Numbered from the stretch's first letter, positions 27,618 to 38,580 are shown. The stretch: DNA of 64,000 nucleotides from an uncultured Actinomycetota bacterium (GCA_963805595.1 CAWDUM010000003.1:112369-176368), one strand, 5' to 3'. Notes: generated by a model not told the origin, from the letters alone. Program-made: numbers and translations.

Positions 27618-28174
27618 GCTCGAACGGGCGCGCCGTCGACGGCCTGATCGTCATGGACTCGCCGGTGTGGGCCGACGACCGGGGGTTCTTCCGCGAGTGG
27701 TTCCGCCTGGCCGACCTCAACGGCGCCGGCTTCACCGCCCGTCAGGCCAACCTCTCGCGCTCGGTGCGCGGCGTCGTGCGCGGGCTGCACTACTCGCTCG
27801 CCCCCGAGGGACAGGCGAAGGTCGTCACCTGCGTCGACGGGACCCTCGAGGACGTGATCGTCGACGTTCGCGTCGGCTCGCCCACCTTCGGCGCGGTGGA
27901 GGTCGTCACGCTGGCCGGCGAACTCGGCCGGTCCGTGCTGCTCCCCGCGGGCGTGGCGCACGGGTTCTGCGTCACGAGCGAGGTCGCGACGCTGGCGTAC
28001 CTCCTGTCCTCTCCCTACAACGCTGCCTACGAGCTCGAGATCAACCCCTTCGACACCGAGATCGGGATCACGTGGGCGCTCGTGGGCGAGCCCATCGTCA
28101 GCGACAAGGACGCCGCGGCGCCGTCGCTGGCCGCGCGCCGCGCCGCGGGCGAGCTCCCGCTCTACCGGGCCTGA
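27614..28174 (+). CDS. rmlC: dTDP-4-dehydrorhamnose 3,5-epimerase
   Basis: DDRGFFREWF, VRGLHYS, GVAHGF cupin motifs. The GTG overlaps the rmlB stop (GTGA). Confidence 0.85.
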   Translation: MSSNGRAVDGLIVMDSPVWADDRGFFREWFRLADLNGAGFTARQANLSRSVRGVVRGLHYSLAPEGQAKVVTCVDGTLEDVIVDVRVGSPTFGAVEVVTLAGELGRSVLLPAGVAHGFCVTSEVATLAYLLSSPYNAAYELEINPFDTEIGITWALVGEPIVSDKDAAAPSLAARRAAGELPLYRA

Positions 28175-28205
28175 GCCGTGGGCCGGTCGGCCGGTCGTTG
28201 GTAGC

Positions 28206-29207
28206 GTGGCCGACGTGAGCATTGCGCCGCTGCGTGCGGTCTCCGCCGCCGAACACGGCGTGGTGATCCCCTCGGGCGCGCACCCGCCCCGGGTCGAGTC
28301 CGAGGCCCAGCTGCGGGCGCTGCTCGCCAGCCTCTCGGGGGTCGACGCCGTCGGCGCCGAGGCCCGCGCCGCCAAGCTCGCGACCCGCTCGATCAAGCGA
28401 TCGACCAAGATGGCGGCGCTGGACCTGGCCATCTCGATGGTCGACCTGACCACCCTCGAGGGCGCCGACACCCCGGGCCGCGTCTCGTCGCTGTGCGCCA
28501 AGGCCGTGCGACCCGACGCGACGGACCCGACGGTCCCCTCGGTCGCCGCGGTGTGCGTCTACCCGGACCTCGTGGCCCACGCCCGATCGGCGCTGGTGGG
28601 CTCGCGCGTCGCGGTCGCGTCGGTCGCCACGGCGTTCCCGTCCGGCCGCGCGTCCCTGGCGGTCAAGCTGATGGACGTGCGCGACGCCGTCGCGGCCGGG
28701 GCCGACGAGGTCGACATGGTGATCGATCGCGGCGCGTTCCTCTCCGGGCGCCTCGGGCAGGTCTTCGACGAGGTCGTCGCGGTCAAGGAGAGCTGCGGCT
28801 CCGCGCACCTCAAGGTCATCCTCGAGACCGGCGAGCTGGTCACGTACGACAACGTGCGCCGCGCGAGCTGGCTGGCGATGCTCGGCGGCGCGGACTTCAT
28901 CAAGACCTCCACGGGCAAGGCCGCGGTGTCCTCGACGCCGCCGGTGGCCCTGGTGATGCTCGAAGCGGTGCGCGACTTCGCCGAGTCCACCGGGCGGGTG
29001 GTGGGGGTCAAGGTCGCGGGCGGGATCCGCTCGTCCAAGGACGCCATCCGCTACCTGGTGCTGGTGAATGAGTCCGTGGGGTCGGCGTGGCTGAGCGCCG
29101 AGCACTTCCGCTTCGGCGCGTCGTCGCTGCTCAACGACCTCCTGATGCAGCGGGCCAAGCAGCGTCGCGGCGCCTACGTGCGCGCCGACGAGTTCAGCGG
29201 GGACTGA
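28206..29207 (+). CDS. deoC: deoxyribose-phosphate aldolase (long actinobacterial form)
   Basis: MVDLTTLEG, VCVYP, DMVIDRG, LKVILETGEL, FIKTSTGK (Schiff-base Lys). Confidence 0.85.
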   Translation: MADVSIAPLRAVSAAEHGVVIPSGAHPPRVESEAQLRALLASLSGVDAVGAEARAAKLATRSIKRSTKMAALDLAISMVDLTTLEGADTPGRVSSLCAKAVRPDATDPTVPSVAAVCVYPDLVAHARSALVGSRVAVASVATAFPSGRASLAVKLMDVRDAVAAGADEVDMVIDRGAFLSGRLGQVFDEVVAVKESCGSAHLKVILETGELVTYDNVRRASWLAMLGGADFIKTSTGKAAVSSTPPVALVMLEAVRDFAESTGRVVGVKVAGGIRSSKDAIRYLVLVNESVGSAWLSAEHFRFGASSLLNDLLMQRAKQRRGAYVRADEFSGD

Positions 29208-29208
29208 C

Positions 29209-30672
29209 GTGGCCGGCGAGCTCACGACCTCGACGCTCGGGTCGATGGCCTACGACGCCGCGCCCGAGTCGGCCTCCCTCGCCCGGCTGCGGCCGAGCTA
29301 CGGGATCTTCGTCGACGGCGAGTTCAGCGACCCGTCGTCCCACGAGCAGTTCGCCTCGCTCAACCCGGCCACCGAGGACACCCTGGCCACCGTGGCCCAG
29401 TCCAGCCCGGCCGACGTCGACCGCGCGGTCGCCGCGGCGCGGCGCGCCTACGACGACGTGTGGTCCACGACGACGGGCGCGGAGCGCGCGAAGTACCTGT
29501 TCCGCGTGGCGCGCCTGATCCAGGAACGCGCCCGCGAACTCGCGGTCGTCGAGACGCTCGACAACGGCAAGCCCATCCGCGAGTCACGCGACGTCGACAT
29601 CCCCCTGGCCGCGGCGCACTTCTTCTACTACGCGGGCTGGGCCGACAAGCTCGAGCACGCCGGGTTCGGGCCCTCCCCGCGTCCCCTGGGCGTGGCCGGT
29701 CAGATCATCCCGTGGAACTTCCCGCTGCTGATGGCGGCGTGGAAGCTGGCCCCGGCGCTGGCCGCGGGCAACACGTGCGTGCTCAAGCCCGCCGAGACCA
29801 CGCCGCTGACCGCGCTCGTGCTCGCCGAGATCCTCCAGCAGGCCGAGCTGCCCCCGGGGGTCGTCAACATCGTGACCGGCGACGGCGCGGTGGGCGCCGG
29901 CCTGGTGGACCACCCCGGGGTCGACAAGATCGCGTTCACCGGCTCCACCGAGGTCGGCCGGATGATCCAGCGCCGCGTCGCGGGCAGCGCCAAGCGCCTG
30001 ACGCTCGAGCTCGGAGGGAAGGGCGCCAACATCGTCTTCGAGGACGCCCCGGTCGACGAGATGATCGAGGGGATCATCGACGGCATCTTCTTCAACCAGG
30101 GCCACGTCTGCTGCGCCGGGTCGCGGCTCCTGGTCCAAGAGTCGGTGGCCGACGAGGTCCTGCGCCGTCTCGTGCGCCGCGTCGATCAGCTGCGCGTCGG
30201 CGACCCGCTCGACAAGAACACCGACGTCGGGGCGATCAACTCGGCGGCCCAGCTCGAGCGCATCACCGAGCTCGTCGAGGCCGGCGAGCGCGAGGGCGCG
30301 ACGCGCTACACGGGCTCGTGCCCGCTGCCCGAGCGCGGTTACTGGTTCGCCCCGACGGTCTTCGCCGACGTCGCCCAGTCGCACCGCATAGCGCGCGAGG
30401 AGATCTTCGGGCCGGTCCTCTCGGTGCTGACGTTCCGCACCCCGGAAGAGGCCGTGGCCAAGGCCAACAACACGACCTACGGACTGGCGTGCGGGGTGTG
30501 GAGCGAGAAGGGGAGCCGCACGCTGTGGGTCGCCGAGCGGCTGCGCGCCGGCGTCATCTGGGCCAACACCTACAACCGCTTCGACCCGACCAGCCCCTTC
30601 GGCGGCGTGCGCGAGTCGGGCTTCGGGCGCGAGGGCGGCCGTCACGGCCTAGAGGCGTACCTCGATGTCTGA
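29209..30672 (+). CDS. NAD(P)-dependent aldehyde dehydrogenase
   Basis: Full-length ALDH: FTGSTEVG, ELGGKG, catalytic Cys in FFNQGHVCCAGSR, EEIFGPV. Confidence 0.9.
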   Translation: MAGELTTSTLGSMAYDAAPESASLARLRPSYGIFVDGEFSDPSSHEQFASLNPATEDTLATVAQSSPADVDRAVAAARRAYDDVWSTTTGAERAKYLFRVARLIQERARELAVVETLDNGKPIRESRDVDIPLAAAHFFYYAGWADKLEHAGFGPSPRPLGVAGQIIPWNFPLLMAAWKLAPALAAGNTCVLKPAETTPLTALVLAEILQQAELPPGVVNIVTGDGAVGAGLVDHPGVDKIAFTGSTEVGRMIQRRVAGSAKRLTLELGGKGANIVFEDAPVDEMIEGIIDGIFFNQGHVCCAGSRLLVQESVADEVLRRLVRRVDQLRVGDPLDKNTDVGAINSAAQLERITELVEAGEREGATRYTGSCPLPERGYWFAPTVFADVAQSHRIAREEIFGPVLSVLTFRTPEEAVAKANNTTYGLACGVWSEKGSRTLWVAERLRAGVIWANTYNRFDPTSPFGGVRESGFGREGGRHGLEAYLDV

Positions 30673-31507
30673 GCGCCTCGACGTGCGCAAGACCTACAAG
30701 CTGCTGGTGGGCGGGTCCTTCCCGCGATCGGAGTCCGGGCGCAGCTACGAGGTCGCCACCGCCGACGGCGAGTTCTGGGCCAACGTCGCCCAGGGGTCGC
30801 GCAAGGACCTGCGCGACGCCGTCGTCGCCGCGCGCGCGGCCCAGGCCAAGTGGTGGGCGCTGAGCTCGTACAACCGCGGCCAGGTCCTCTACCGGCTCGC
30901 CGAGATGGCCGAGTCGCGCCGCGCCGAGCTGGCCGAGCACGTGGCGATGGCCGAGGGCCTCGGCGCCGACGACGCCGCGCGCGACGTCGCGCGCGCGATC
31001 GACCGGATCGTCTGGTACGCGGGCTGGACCGACAAGGTCACCCAGGTCCTCGGAGGGGCGAACCCCGTGGCCGGGCCGTTCTTCAACTTCTCGCTGCCGG
31101 TGCCCTCCGGGGTGGTGGGGGTCATCGCTCCCCAGGAGTCGTCCCTCGTGGGGTTCGTCGACGCCGTGCTCGCGCCGGTGTGCACGGGCAACGCCGTCGT
31201 GGTCCTGCCGAGCGAGCGCCGGCCCACGCCGGCGCTGCTGATCGGCGAGATGACCGCGACCTCGGACGTGCCCGGCGGGGTGGTCAACCTCGTCACGGGC
31301 TACACCGACGAGCTCGCCCCGGTGCTGGCCGCCCACGAGGACGTCGACGGGCTGGACCTCGCGGGCGCCTCGGACCCCGACGCCCTCGCGGCCACGGCCG
31401 CGCAGTCCATCAAGCGGGTGTTGAAGCCCCGGGCCGAGGACGGCTCCCTGCGACGGCTTCGCGCCTTCGTCGAGACGTCCACGGTCTGGCACACGATCGG
31501 ACAATGA
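30665..31507 (+). CDS. aldehyde-dehydrogenase-like protein lacking the catalytic domain (280 aa)
   Basis: The ALDH N-terminal/NAD-binding portion is recognisable (YKLLVGGSF, RDAVVAARAAQAKWW, VVGVIAPQESSL, PGGVVNLVTG). I saw no ELGG, no catalytic Cys and no EEIFGP segment. It overlaps both neighbours by 8 nt and 4 nt, so it is translationally coupled. Confidence 0.7.
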   Translation: MSERLDVRKTYKLLVGGSFPRSESGRSYEVATADGEFWANVAQGSRKDLRDAVVAARAAQAKWWALSSYNRGQVLYRLAEMAESRRAELAEHVAMAEGLGADDAARDVARAIDRIVWYAGWTDKVTQVLGGANPVAGPFFNFSLPVPSGVVGVIAPQESSLVGFVDAVLAPVCTGNAVVVLPSERRPTPALLIGEMTATSDVPGGVVNLVTGYTDELAPVLAAHEDVDGLDLAGASDPDALAATAAQSIKRVLKPRAEDGSLRRLRAFVETSTVWHTIGQ

Positions 31508-32325
31508 CCATGGACCCCTTCAAGCTGGCCCGTCGCGCGGCCGAGGCGCTGCGCGAGCAGAGCGGGGTCGACGGGTACGACCTCGCGGTCGTCCTGGGGT
31601 CGGGCTGGCGCGAGGGAGCGACGCTGCTGGGCGAGCCCTCGGCCAGCGTCGAGACCAGCGCCCTGCCGGGGTTCGTCGCGCCGAGCGTCGCCGGCCACGG
31701 GTCCAAGGTGCTGACGGTGACCGTCGGCGACCGTCGCGTGGCCCTGCTGACGGGCCGCGTCCACCTCTACGAGGGGCACCCCGTCGACACCGTCGTGCAC
31801 CCCGTGCGCACGCTGGTCGCCGCCGGGGCGCGCTGCGTCGTGCTCACCAACGCCGCGGGTGGCATCGAGCCGGCCGTCGGGCCGGGCAACGTCGTGCTCA
31901 TCCGCGACCACCTGAACCTGACGGCGACGTCCCCGCTGGAGGGCCCGTCGCCGCCGGCGAGGTACGGGCCGCGCTTCGTCGACCTCACGGACCTCTACAG
32001 CCGGCGGGCCCGCGCGGCGGTGCGCGAGGCCGTGCCCACGGTGACCGAGGGCGTCTACGCGGGGTTGCGCGGCCCGCACTACGAGACGCCCGCCGAGATC
32101 GTGATGCTGCGCACGCTGGGCGCCACGGTCGTGGGGATGTCGACCGTGCTGGAGGCCATCGCCGCGCGCCACGTCGGGGCCGAGGTCGTCGGCTTCTCGC
32201 TCGTGTCGAACTTCGCCGCGGGGGTCACGTCCGCGCCGCTCGATCACGCCGAGGTCCTCGAGACCGGGCAGGCGGCCGCCGCGAGCCTGGGCTCGCTCCT
32301 GGCGCGGGTCCTGCCGGTCCTGTGA
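31504..32325 (+). CDS. punA: purine nucleoside phosphorylase (PunA/PNP family)
   Basis: VVLGSGW, SVAGHGSKV, GRVHLYEGH, VGMSTVLEAIAARH, SNFAAG. ATGA overlap with the upstream gene. Confidence 0.9.
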   Translation: MTMDPFKLARRAAEALREQSGVDGYDLAVVLGSGWREGATLLGEPSASVETSALPGFVAPSVAGHGSKVLTVTVGDRRVALLTGRVHLYEGHPVDTVVHPVRTLVAAGARCVVLTNAAGGIEPAVGPGNVVLIRDHLNLTATSPLEGPSPPARYGPRFVDLTDLYSRRARAAVREAVPTVTEGVYAGLRGPHYETPAEIVMLRTLGATVVGMSTVLEAIAARHVGAEVVGFSLVSNFAAGVTSAPLDHAEVLETGQAAAASLGSLLARVLPVL

Positions 32326-33989
32326 GCGAGGACCTTCGGGTCCGCGCCGCGGCGTGGATCGCCGCGGACCCCGACGAGCGCGACCGCGCCGAGCTGACGC
32401 GCCTGCTCGAGGTGGGCGACGACGACGAGCTCGCCCGGCGCTTCAGCGCCCCGCTCTCCTTCGGCACGGCCGGCCTGCGCGGTCCGGTGCGCGCGGGCCC
32501 GTCGGGCATGAACCGACTGACCGTGCGCCGCGCGACCCAGGGCGTCGTGGCCTGGCTGGCCGAGACGGGCGCGGACGCCGCGCGCGGGGTCGTCGTCGGG
32601 CGCGACGCGCGGCACGGATCCGAGGACTTCAACGACGAGGTCGTCGCGGTGCTCGTGGGCGCGGGCGTCGTGGTCCACGAGATGCCGCGGCCGCTGCCGA
32701 CCCCCTTCGTTCCCTACGCCATCAAGGCGCTAGGCGCGGCCGCGGGGATCATGATCACGGCGAGCCACAACCCGCCCCAGGACAACGGCTACAAGCTCTA
32801 CGCGGGCGACGGGTCCCAGATCATCCCTCCGGCCGACGAGATCGTCGAACGCCACGCCGACGCGGCGGGAACGCCCGCGCTCGGGCGACGCGGCGACGCG
32901 CGCCACCACGTGATCGGCGAGGACCTGCTCGGTGCCTACCGGGACCACTTCGTGCGGCGCTTCGGCGTCGCCAGTGACCTGAAGGTCGCCTACACGCCGC
33001 TGTGCGGCGTGGGCGGTGCGCCGATGACCGCGCTGTTCGAGGCCGCCGGGTTCTCGCGGGTCACCGTCGTCGACGCCCAGTTCGCGCCCGACGCCTCGTT
33101 CCCCGGCCTGGCCTTCCCGAACCCCGAGGAGCCGGGCGTGCTCGACGAGGCGATCTCGACGGCCGAGCGCACGGGCGCCGACCTGGTGATCGCGAACGAC
33201 CCCGACGCTGACCGCCTCGGCGTCGCCGTGCGCGACGCGGGATCCTGGCGCGCGCTGCGCGGCGACGAGATCGGATGGCTGCTCGCGTCCGCGCTCGTGG
33301 TCGGCGCGCGCCCCGGCGACGTCGTGGCCACGACGATCGTGTCCTCGTCGCTGCTCGAGGCGATGGCCCGCGACGCCGGCGTCGCCTACGCCACGACGCT
33401 GACCGGGTTCAAGTGGATCTCGCGCGCCGCCGGAGACGGCGTCCTGCGCTTCGGCTACGAGGAGGCCCTGGGATTCGCCGTCGACCCGTGCGTCGCGGAC
33501 AAGGACGGCATGTCCGCCGCTCTGTGCCTCGCGCGCCTGGCCCACGACCTTCGCGTCGAGGGCAAGACCCTGCTGACGCGCCTCGACGAGATCGAGTCGC
33601 GCTTCGGCGTGCACGCCGGCGCCCAGGTCTCGGTCCGCGCGGTCGGCGAGGGCGGTCTCGGCATGATCGCCGCGGTCATGGCTCGGCTGCGCGCGGCGCC
33701 CCCCGCATCCCTGGGCGGGCTCGCCGTGGTCGAGGTCGACGACCTCTCGCGGGGCTGGCGTGGCCTGCCGCCCACCGAGGGGCTCATCTGGCGCCTCGGC
33801 GACGCCGGTCGCGTCGTGGTGCGCCCCTCGGGGACCGAGCCCAAGCTCAAGGCGTACCTGGAGGTCGTCGAGCCGGTGGGCGCGGCCCTGGCGGACGCCC
33901 GCGCCCGGGCCGCGGCGCGCCTGGCGGCCCTGCGCGCCGACGTCGAGCGCCTGACGCGCCTCGAGGCGCGGGCGCGGACCACTCCTTGA
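32322..33989 (+). CDS. phospho-sugar mutase (alpha-D-phosphohexomutase family; likely a phosphopentomutase role in this context)
   Basis: Active-site loop ITASHNPPQDNGYKLY, metal loop NDPDADRLGV, sugar loop GYEEALGF, phosphate loop VRPSGTEPKLK. Confidence 0.85.
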   Translation: MSEDLRVRAAAWIAADPDERDRAELTRLLEVGDDDELARRFSAPLSFGTAGLRGPVRAGPSGMNRLTVRRATQGVVAWLAETGADAARGVVVGRDARHGSEDFNDEVVAVLVGAGVVVHEMPRPLPTPFVPYAIKALGAAAGIMITASHNPPQDNGYKLYAGDGSQIIPPADEIVERHADAAGTPALGRRGDARHHVIGEDLLGAYRDHFVRRFGVASDLKVAYTPLCGVGGAPMTALFEAAGFSRVTVVDAQFAPDASFPGLAFPNPEEPGVLDEAISTAERTGADLVIANDPDADRLGVAVRDAGSWRALRGDEIGWLLASALVVGARPGDVVATTIVSSSLLEAMARDAGVAYATTLTGFKWISRAAGDGVLRFGYEEALGFAVDPCVADKDGMSAALCLARLAHDLRVEGKTLLTRLDEIESRFGVHAGAQVSVRAVGEGGLGMIAAVMARLRAAPPASLGGLAVVEVDDLSRGWRGLPPTEGLIWRLGDAGRVVVRPSGTEPKLKAYLEVVEPVGAALADARARAAARLAALRADVERLTRLEARARTTP

Positions 33990-34036
33990 ATGAGGTTGAA
34001 GTGTCGCGTGACGGGTCGCGGTAGTAGACAGCGCAC

Positions 34037-35761
34037 ATGACTCGATTCCAGTTCCCTCGGCGCGCGGCGCTGCGCCTGGTTGGCGTGACGTGCGCCCTCG
34101 TCCTCGTGGCCGCCGGCGTCGCCGCCGCCGACCCGGCCTTCACCTCGACGCACGCCGTCACCGGCCTGGCCACGCTGAACGCGGACGGGACGGCCGTCGT
34201 CGACGACGTGTCGTGCTTCTCGAACGGCAACTGCGGCGCGATCGGGACCTACACCGACTCCTCTCGTCACATCCAGGGGTTCGTGGCCAACGAGGTCGCC
34301 GGGACGTGGGGCAGCGCCGAGCCGATCCCGGGACTGGCCGCGCTCAACGCGGGCGACACCGTGAGCGACTACGTGTCGATCTCGTGCACCGCGGCGAACG
34401 CGTGCACGGCCGGCGGCTCGTACACCGACTCGAGCCAGCTGCACCAGGCGTTCCTGGTCGACGAGGTCCAGGGGTCGTGGAACTCGGCGATCGCGATGCC
34501 GCGCAGCGGGTCGTTGCCCGTGGGGCTTCCCGCGGCGGTGACCGCGCTCGCGTGCACGTCGCCGGGCAACTGCGTGGCGGCGGGTGAGTACATCAACGGC
34601 GCCCAGACGGCCGAAGAGACGTTCCTCGCCACCGAGACCGGTGGCACCTGGGCCGGCGCCGTCCCGGAGCCGGGCGAGGGCGCCCTCAACGCCGGCGCGC
34701 TCAGCGCGGTCTCTTCGATCGCGTGCCCGGCCGCCGGCGATTGCCAGCTCACCGGCATCTACTCCGACGGCTCCAGCAAGGTGCAGGCCTACGTGGACTC
34801 TGAGTCCAACGGCACGTGGGCCGGCGCGGTCGCGATACCCGGGCTCATCAGTCTGAACACGGGCGGAGCGGCGATCGCCAATGAGATTGCGTGCAGTTCG
34901 GTCGGCCGCTGCGCGATCGCCGGCGGCTACTCACTGGTCGGCGGCGCCGGCGAGTCCTTCGTCGACGACGAGGTCGGCGGCACCTGGGGAACGGCCCAGG
35001 AGCTCCCGGCGAGCGCGACGCTCAACGTGGGCGGCGACTCCCTCCTCAACTCCATCGCGTGTCCCAGTGACGGGTCGTGCGAGGCCGTCGGCTACTACTC
35101 CGACAGCTCAACCACGAATCAGGCCATGGTGGCGTCGGAGAGCAACGGCACGTGGGGCAACGCGGCCGAGATGCCGGGCACCGCGGAGCTCAACGGCGGC
35201 GGGTCCGCGTCAGGATTCTCGGTGTCGTGCGTGTCGGCGGGGGACTGCCGGGCCGTCGGCGCCTACACCGACTCGTCCAACAACTCCCAGGCCTTCCTCG
35301 CGACCGAGTCGGGCGGCGTGTGGGGCGCCTCGACCGAGGCGTCGGGCAGCGCCGCGCTCAACACCGAGGGCGAGGCCGAACTCGGGGTCATCTCGTGCAC
35401 CAGCGACGGGGGCTGCAGCGCGGGGGGCCAGTACAAGGACTCCTCGGGCTCGTTCCAGGGGATGCTCATCGACGCCGTGACGCCCCCGGCGACCGCCCCG
35501 GCCGCACCGACGGCCAGGGCCTCCTCGCACGCCAAGGGCAAGCTGACGGTGACCGTCACGCCGGGCGCCAACGGCGGCAGTCCGATCACGTCGTACCAGT
35601 ACTCGCTCAACGGCGGCGCGTGGAAGCACGGGTCCGACGGCGCGGCGACCTTCACGGTGGGCCACCAGAAGCCCGGGGCCAAGGACCACGTGCGCGTGCG
35701 CGCCGTCAACGCCGTGGGCGACAGCCCCGCGTCGCCCTCGGTGACCGTCAAGATCCGTTAG
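34037..35761 (+). CDS. secreted repeat protein: eight ~56-aa Cys-x5-Cys repeats plus a C-terminal FN3-like module
   Basis: Signal peptide MTRFQFPRRAALRLVGVTCALVLVAAGVAAA. Eight occurrences of [IVL][SA]C-x5-C (VSCFSNGNC, ISCTAANAC, LACTSPGNC, IACPAAGDC, IACSSVGRC, IACPSDGSC, VSCVSAGDC, ISCTSDGGC), each followed by G-Y-D-S-Q-F/V-E-G-W-G-A-PG-LN-GG-type spacing. The tail ITSYQYSLNGG...VRAVNAVGDSPASPSVTV is FN3-like. Confidence 0.7.
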   Translation: MTRFQFPRRAALRLVGVTCALVLVAAGVAAADPAFTSTHAVTGLATLNADGTAVVDDVSCFSNGNCGAIGTYTDSSRHIQGFVANEVAGTWGSAEPIPGLAALNAGDTVSDYVSISCTAANACTAGGSYTDSSQLHQAFLVDEVQGSWNSAIAMPRSGSLPVGLPAAVTALACTSPGNCVAAGEYINGAQTAEETFLATETGGTWAGAVPEPGEGALNAGALSAVSSIACPAAGDCQLTGIYSDGSSKVQAYVDSESNGTWAGAVAIPGLISLNTGGAAIANEIACSSVGRCAIAGGYSLVGGAGESFVDDEVGGTWGTAQELPASATLNVGGDSLLNSIACPSDGSCEAVGYYSDSSTTNQAMVASESNGTWGNAAEMPGTAELNGGGSASGFSVSCVSAGDCRAVGAYTDSSNNSQAFLATESGGVWGASTEASGSAALNTEGEAELGVISCTSDGGCSAGGQYKDSSGSFQGMLIDAVTPPATAPAAPTARASSHAKGKLTVTVTPGANGGSPITSYQYSLNGGAWKHGSDGAATFTVGHQKPGAKDHVRVRAVNAVGDSPASPSVTVKIR

Positions 35762-36859
35762 CTAGGCACCCCTTGCGCGCAGCGCGGCGTAGCCCGGCTT
35801 GATCACGCTGTTGATCAGGCCGAGTCGCGAGTCGAACGGGTAGAACGCGCTCTTCATCGCGTTCAGCGTGAGCCACTCCATCACCGCGAGGTCCCAGCCG
35901 AACACCTCGGCGCACGCGGCGAACTCCCCCGAGAGGCTGACCCCGCTCATGAGCCGGTTGTCGGTGTTGAGCGTCACGCGGAATCGCAGGTCGCACAGCA
36001 GGCCGACCGGGTGCTCGGCGATGGAGGGGGCCGCGCCGGTGTGCACGTTGGACGTGGGGCACACCTCGAGGGGGATGCGCCGGTCGCGGACGTAGTCCGC
36101 CAGGCGGCCCAGGACGTAGCGGTTCTCGACGCGGGTGACGTCGTCGATGATCCTCACGCCGTGACCGAGGCGCTCGGCGTTGCAGAACTGGACGGCCTCC
36201 CAGATCGAGGGCAGGCCGAAGGCCTCGCCGGCGTGGACGGTCAGGTGGAAGTTCTCGCGCTGCACGAGGTGGAACGCGGGCAGGTGCTCGGTCGGCGGGA
36301 AGCCGTCCTCGGGGCCCGCGATGTCGAACCCGCAGACCCCGTCGTCGCGGAAGGCGACGGCGAGCTGGGCGATGACGCGGCTCTGGTGGGCCTGGCGCAT
36401 CGCCGAGAGGATGGAGCGCACGACGATCACGCGCCCTTCGGCGCGGGCCTGGGCCACGCCCTCGGCGAAACCAGCCAGCACCGCCGCGACGACCTCGTTG
36501 AGCGTCAGGCCGCCGGCGAGGTGCAGCTCGGGGGCGAAGCGCACCTCGGCGTAGATCACGCCGTCGCGCGCGAGGTCCAGCGCGCACTCGGCCGCCACCC
36601 GCTCGATGCTCGAGCGCGTCTGCATGACGGCCGTCGTGTGGGTGAAGCCCTCGAGGTAGCGCACGAGGTCCCCGCCCGGCTCGTCGGCGACGAACCAGTC
36701 GCCCAGCTCCACGGGGTCCGTGGTGGGCAGTCCGTCGTAGCCGACCTCGCGGGCCAGCTCCACGACGGTCGCGGGGCGCAGGCCGCCGTCGAGGTGGTCG
36801 TGCAGGAGCACCTTGGGCGCCGCGGCGATGGCCTCGAGGGTCAGCTCCGGGTGCGGCAT
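35762..36859 (-). CDS. add: adenosine deaminase
   Basis: LHDHLDGGLRP, HAGE, LNTDNRL motifs. 365 aa. Confidence 0.9.
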   Translation of the reverse strand: MPHPELTLEAIAAAPKVLLHDHLDGGLRPATVVELAREVGYDGLPTTDPVELGDWFVADEPGGDLVRYLEGFTHTTAVMQTRSSIERVAAECALDLARDGVIYAEVRFAPELHLAGGLTLNEVVAAVLAGFAEGVAQARAEGRVIVVRSILSAMRQAHQSRVIAQLAVAFRDDGVCGFDIAGPEDGFPPTEHLPAFHLVQRENFHLTVHAGEAFGLPSIWEAVQFCNAERLGHGVRIIDDVTRVENRYVLGRLADYVRDRRIPLEVCPTSNVHTGAAPSIAEHPVGLLCDLRFRVTLNTDNRLMSGVSLSGEFAACAEVFGWDLAVMEWLTLNAMKSAFYPFDSRLGLINSVIKPGYAALRARGA

Positions 36860-36883
36860 CGGCCCAGGCTACCGAACCGTCGC

Positions 36884-38160
<1,277 letters not shown>

Positions 38161-38164
<4 letters not shown>

Positions 38165-38580
38165 GTGGTGGCCCGCGTGGCGAGGTCCTCGGGCCCGAAG
38201 GCGCCCGGCAGCAGCGCGCCCAGCGTGGTCGGCTCGACGTCGGCGCCCGCGTCGACCAGCAGGCCGGCGCCCCCGTGCTCGTAGAGAAGCTGGCGGCAGC
38301 GCCCGCACGGCGCTATCGGCGCCCCGTCGCCGGCGACGACGCTCACCGCGATCAGACGACCCCCGCCCGAACGCGCGAGGTCGCCGACCAGCGCGCACTC
38401 CGCGCACAGGGTGAGGCCGTAGCTGGCGTTCTCGACGTTGGAGCCCTCGATCAGCCGCCCGTCGTCGGTGACGCCGGCCGCGCCGACGCGCACGTGCGAG
38501 TACGGCGAGTACGACTTCTCGGTCGCTTTGCGGGCCCGGGCGCGCAGGTCGTCCCACGGGATCTCCACGAGGCCGCTCAC
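38161..38580 (-). CDS. cdd: cytidine deaminase
   Basis: Zinc ligands CAECALV and PCGRCRQLLYE. Start is GTG 38580 (VSGLVEIPWDDL) or ATG 38595. Confidence 0.85.
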
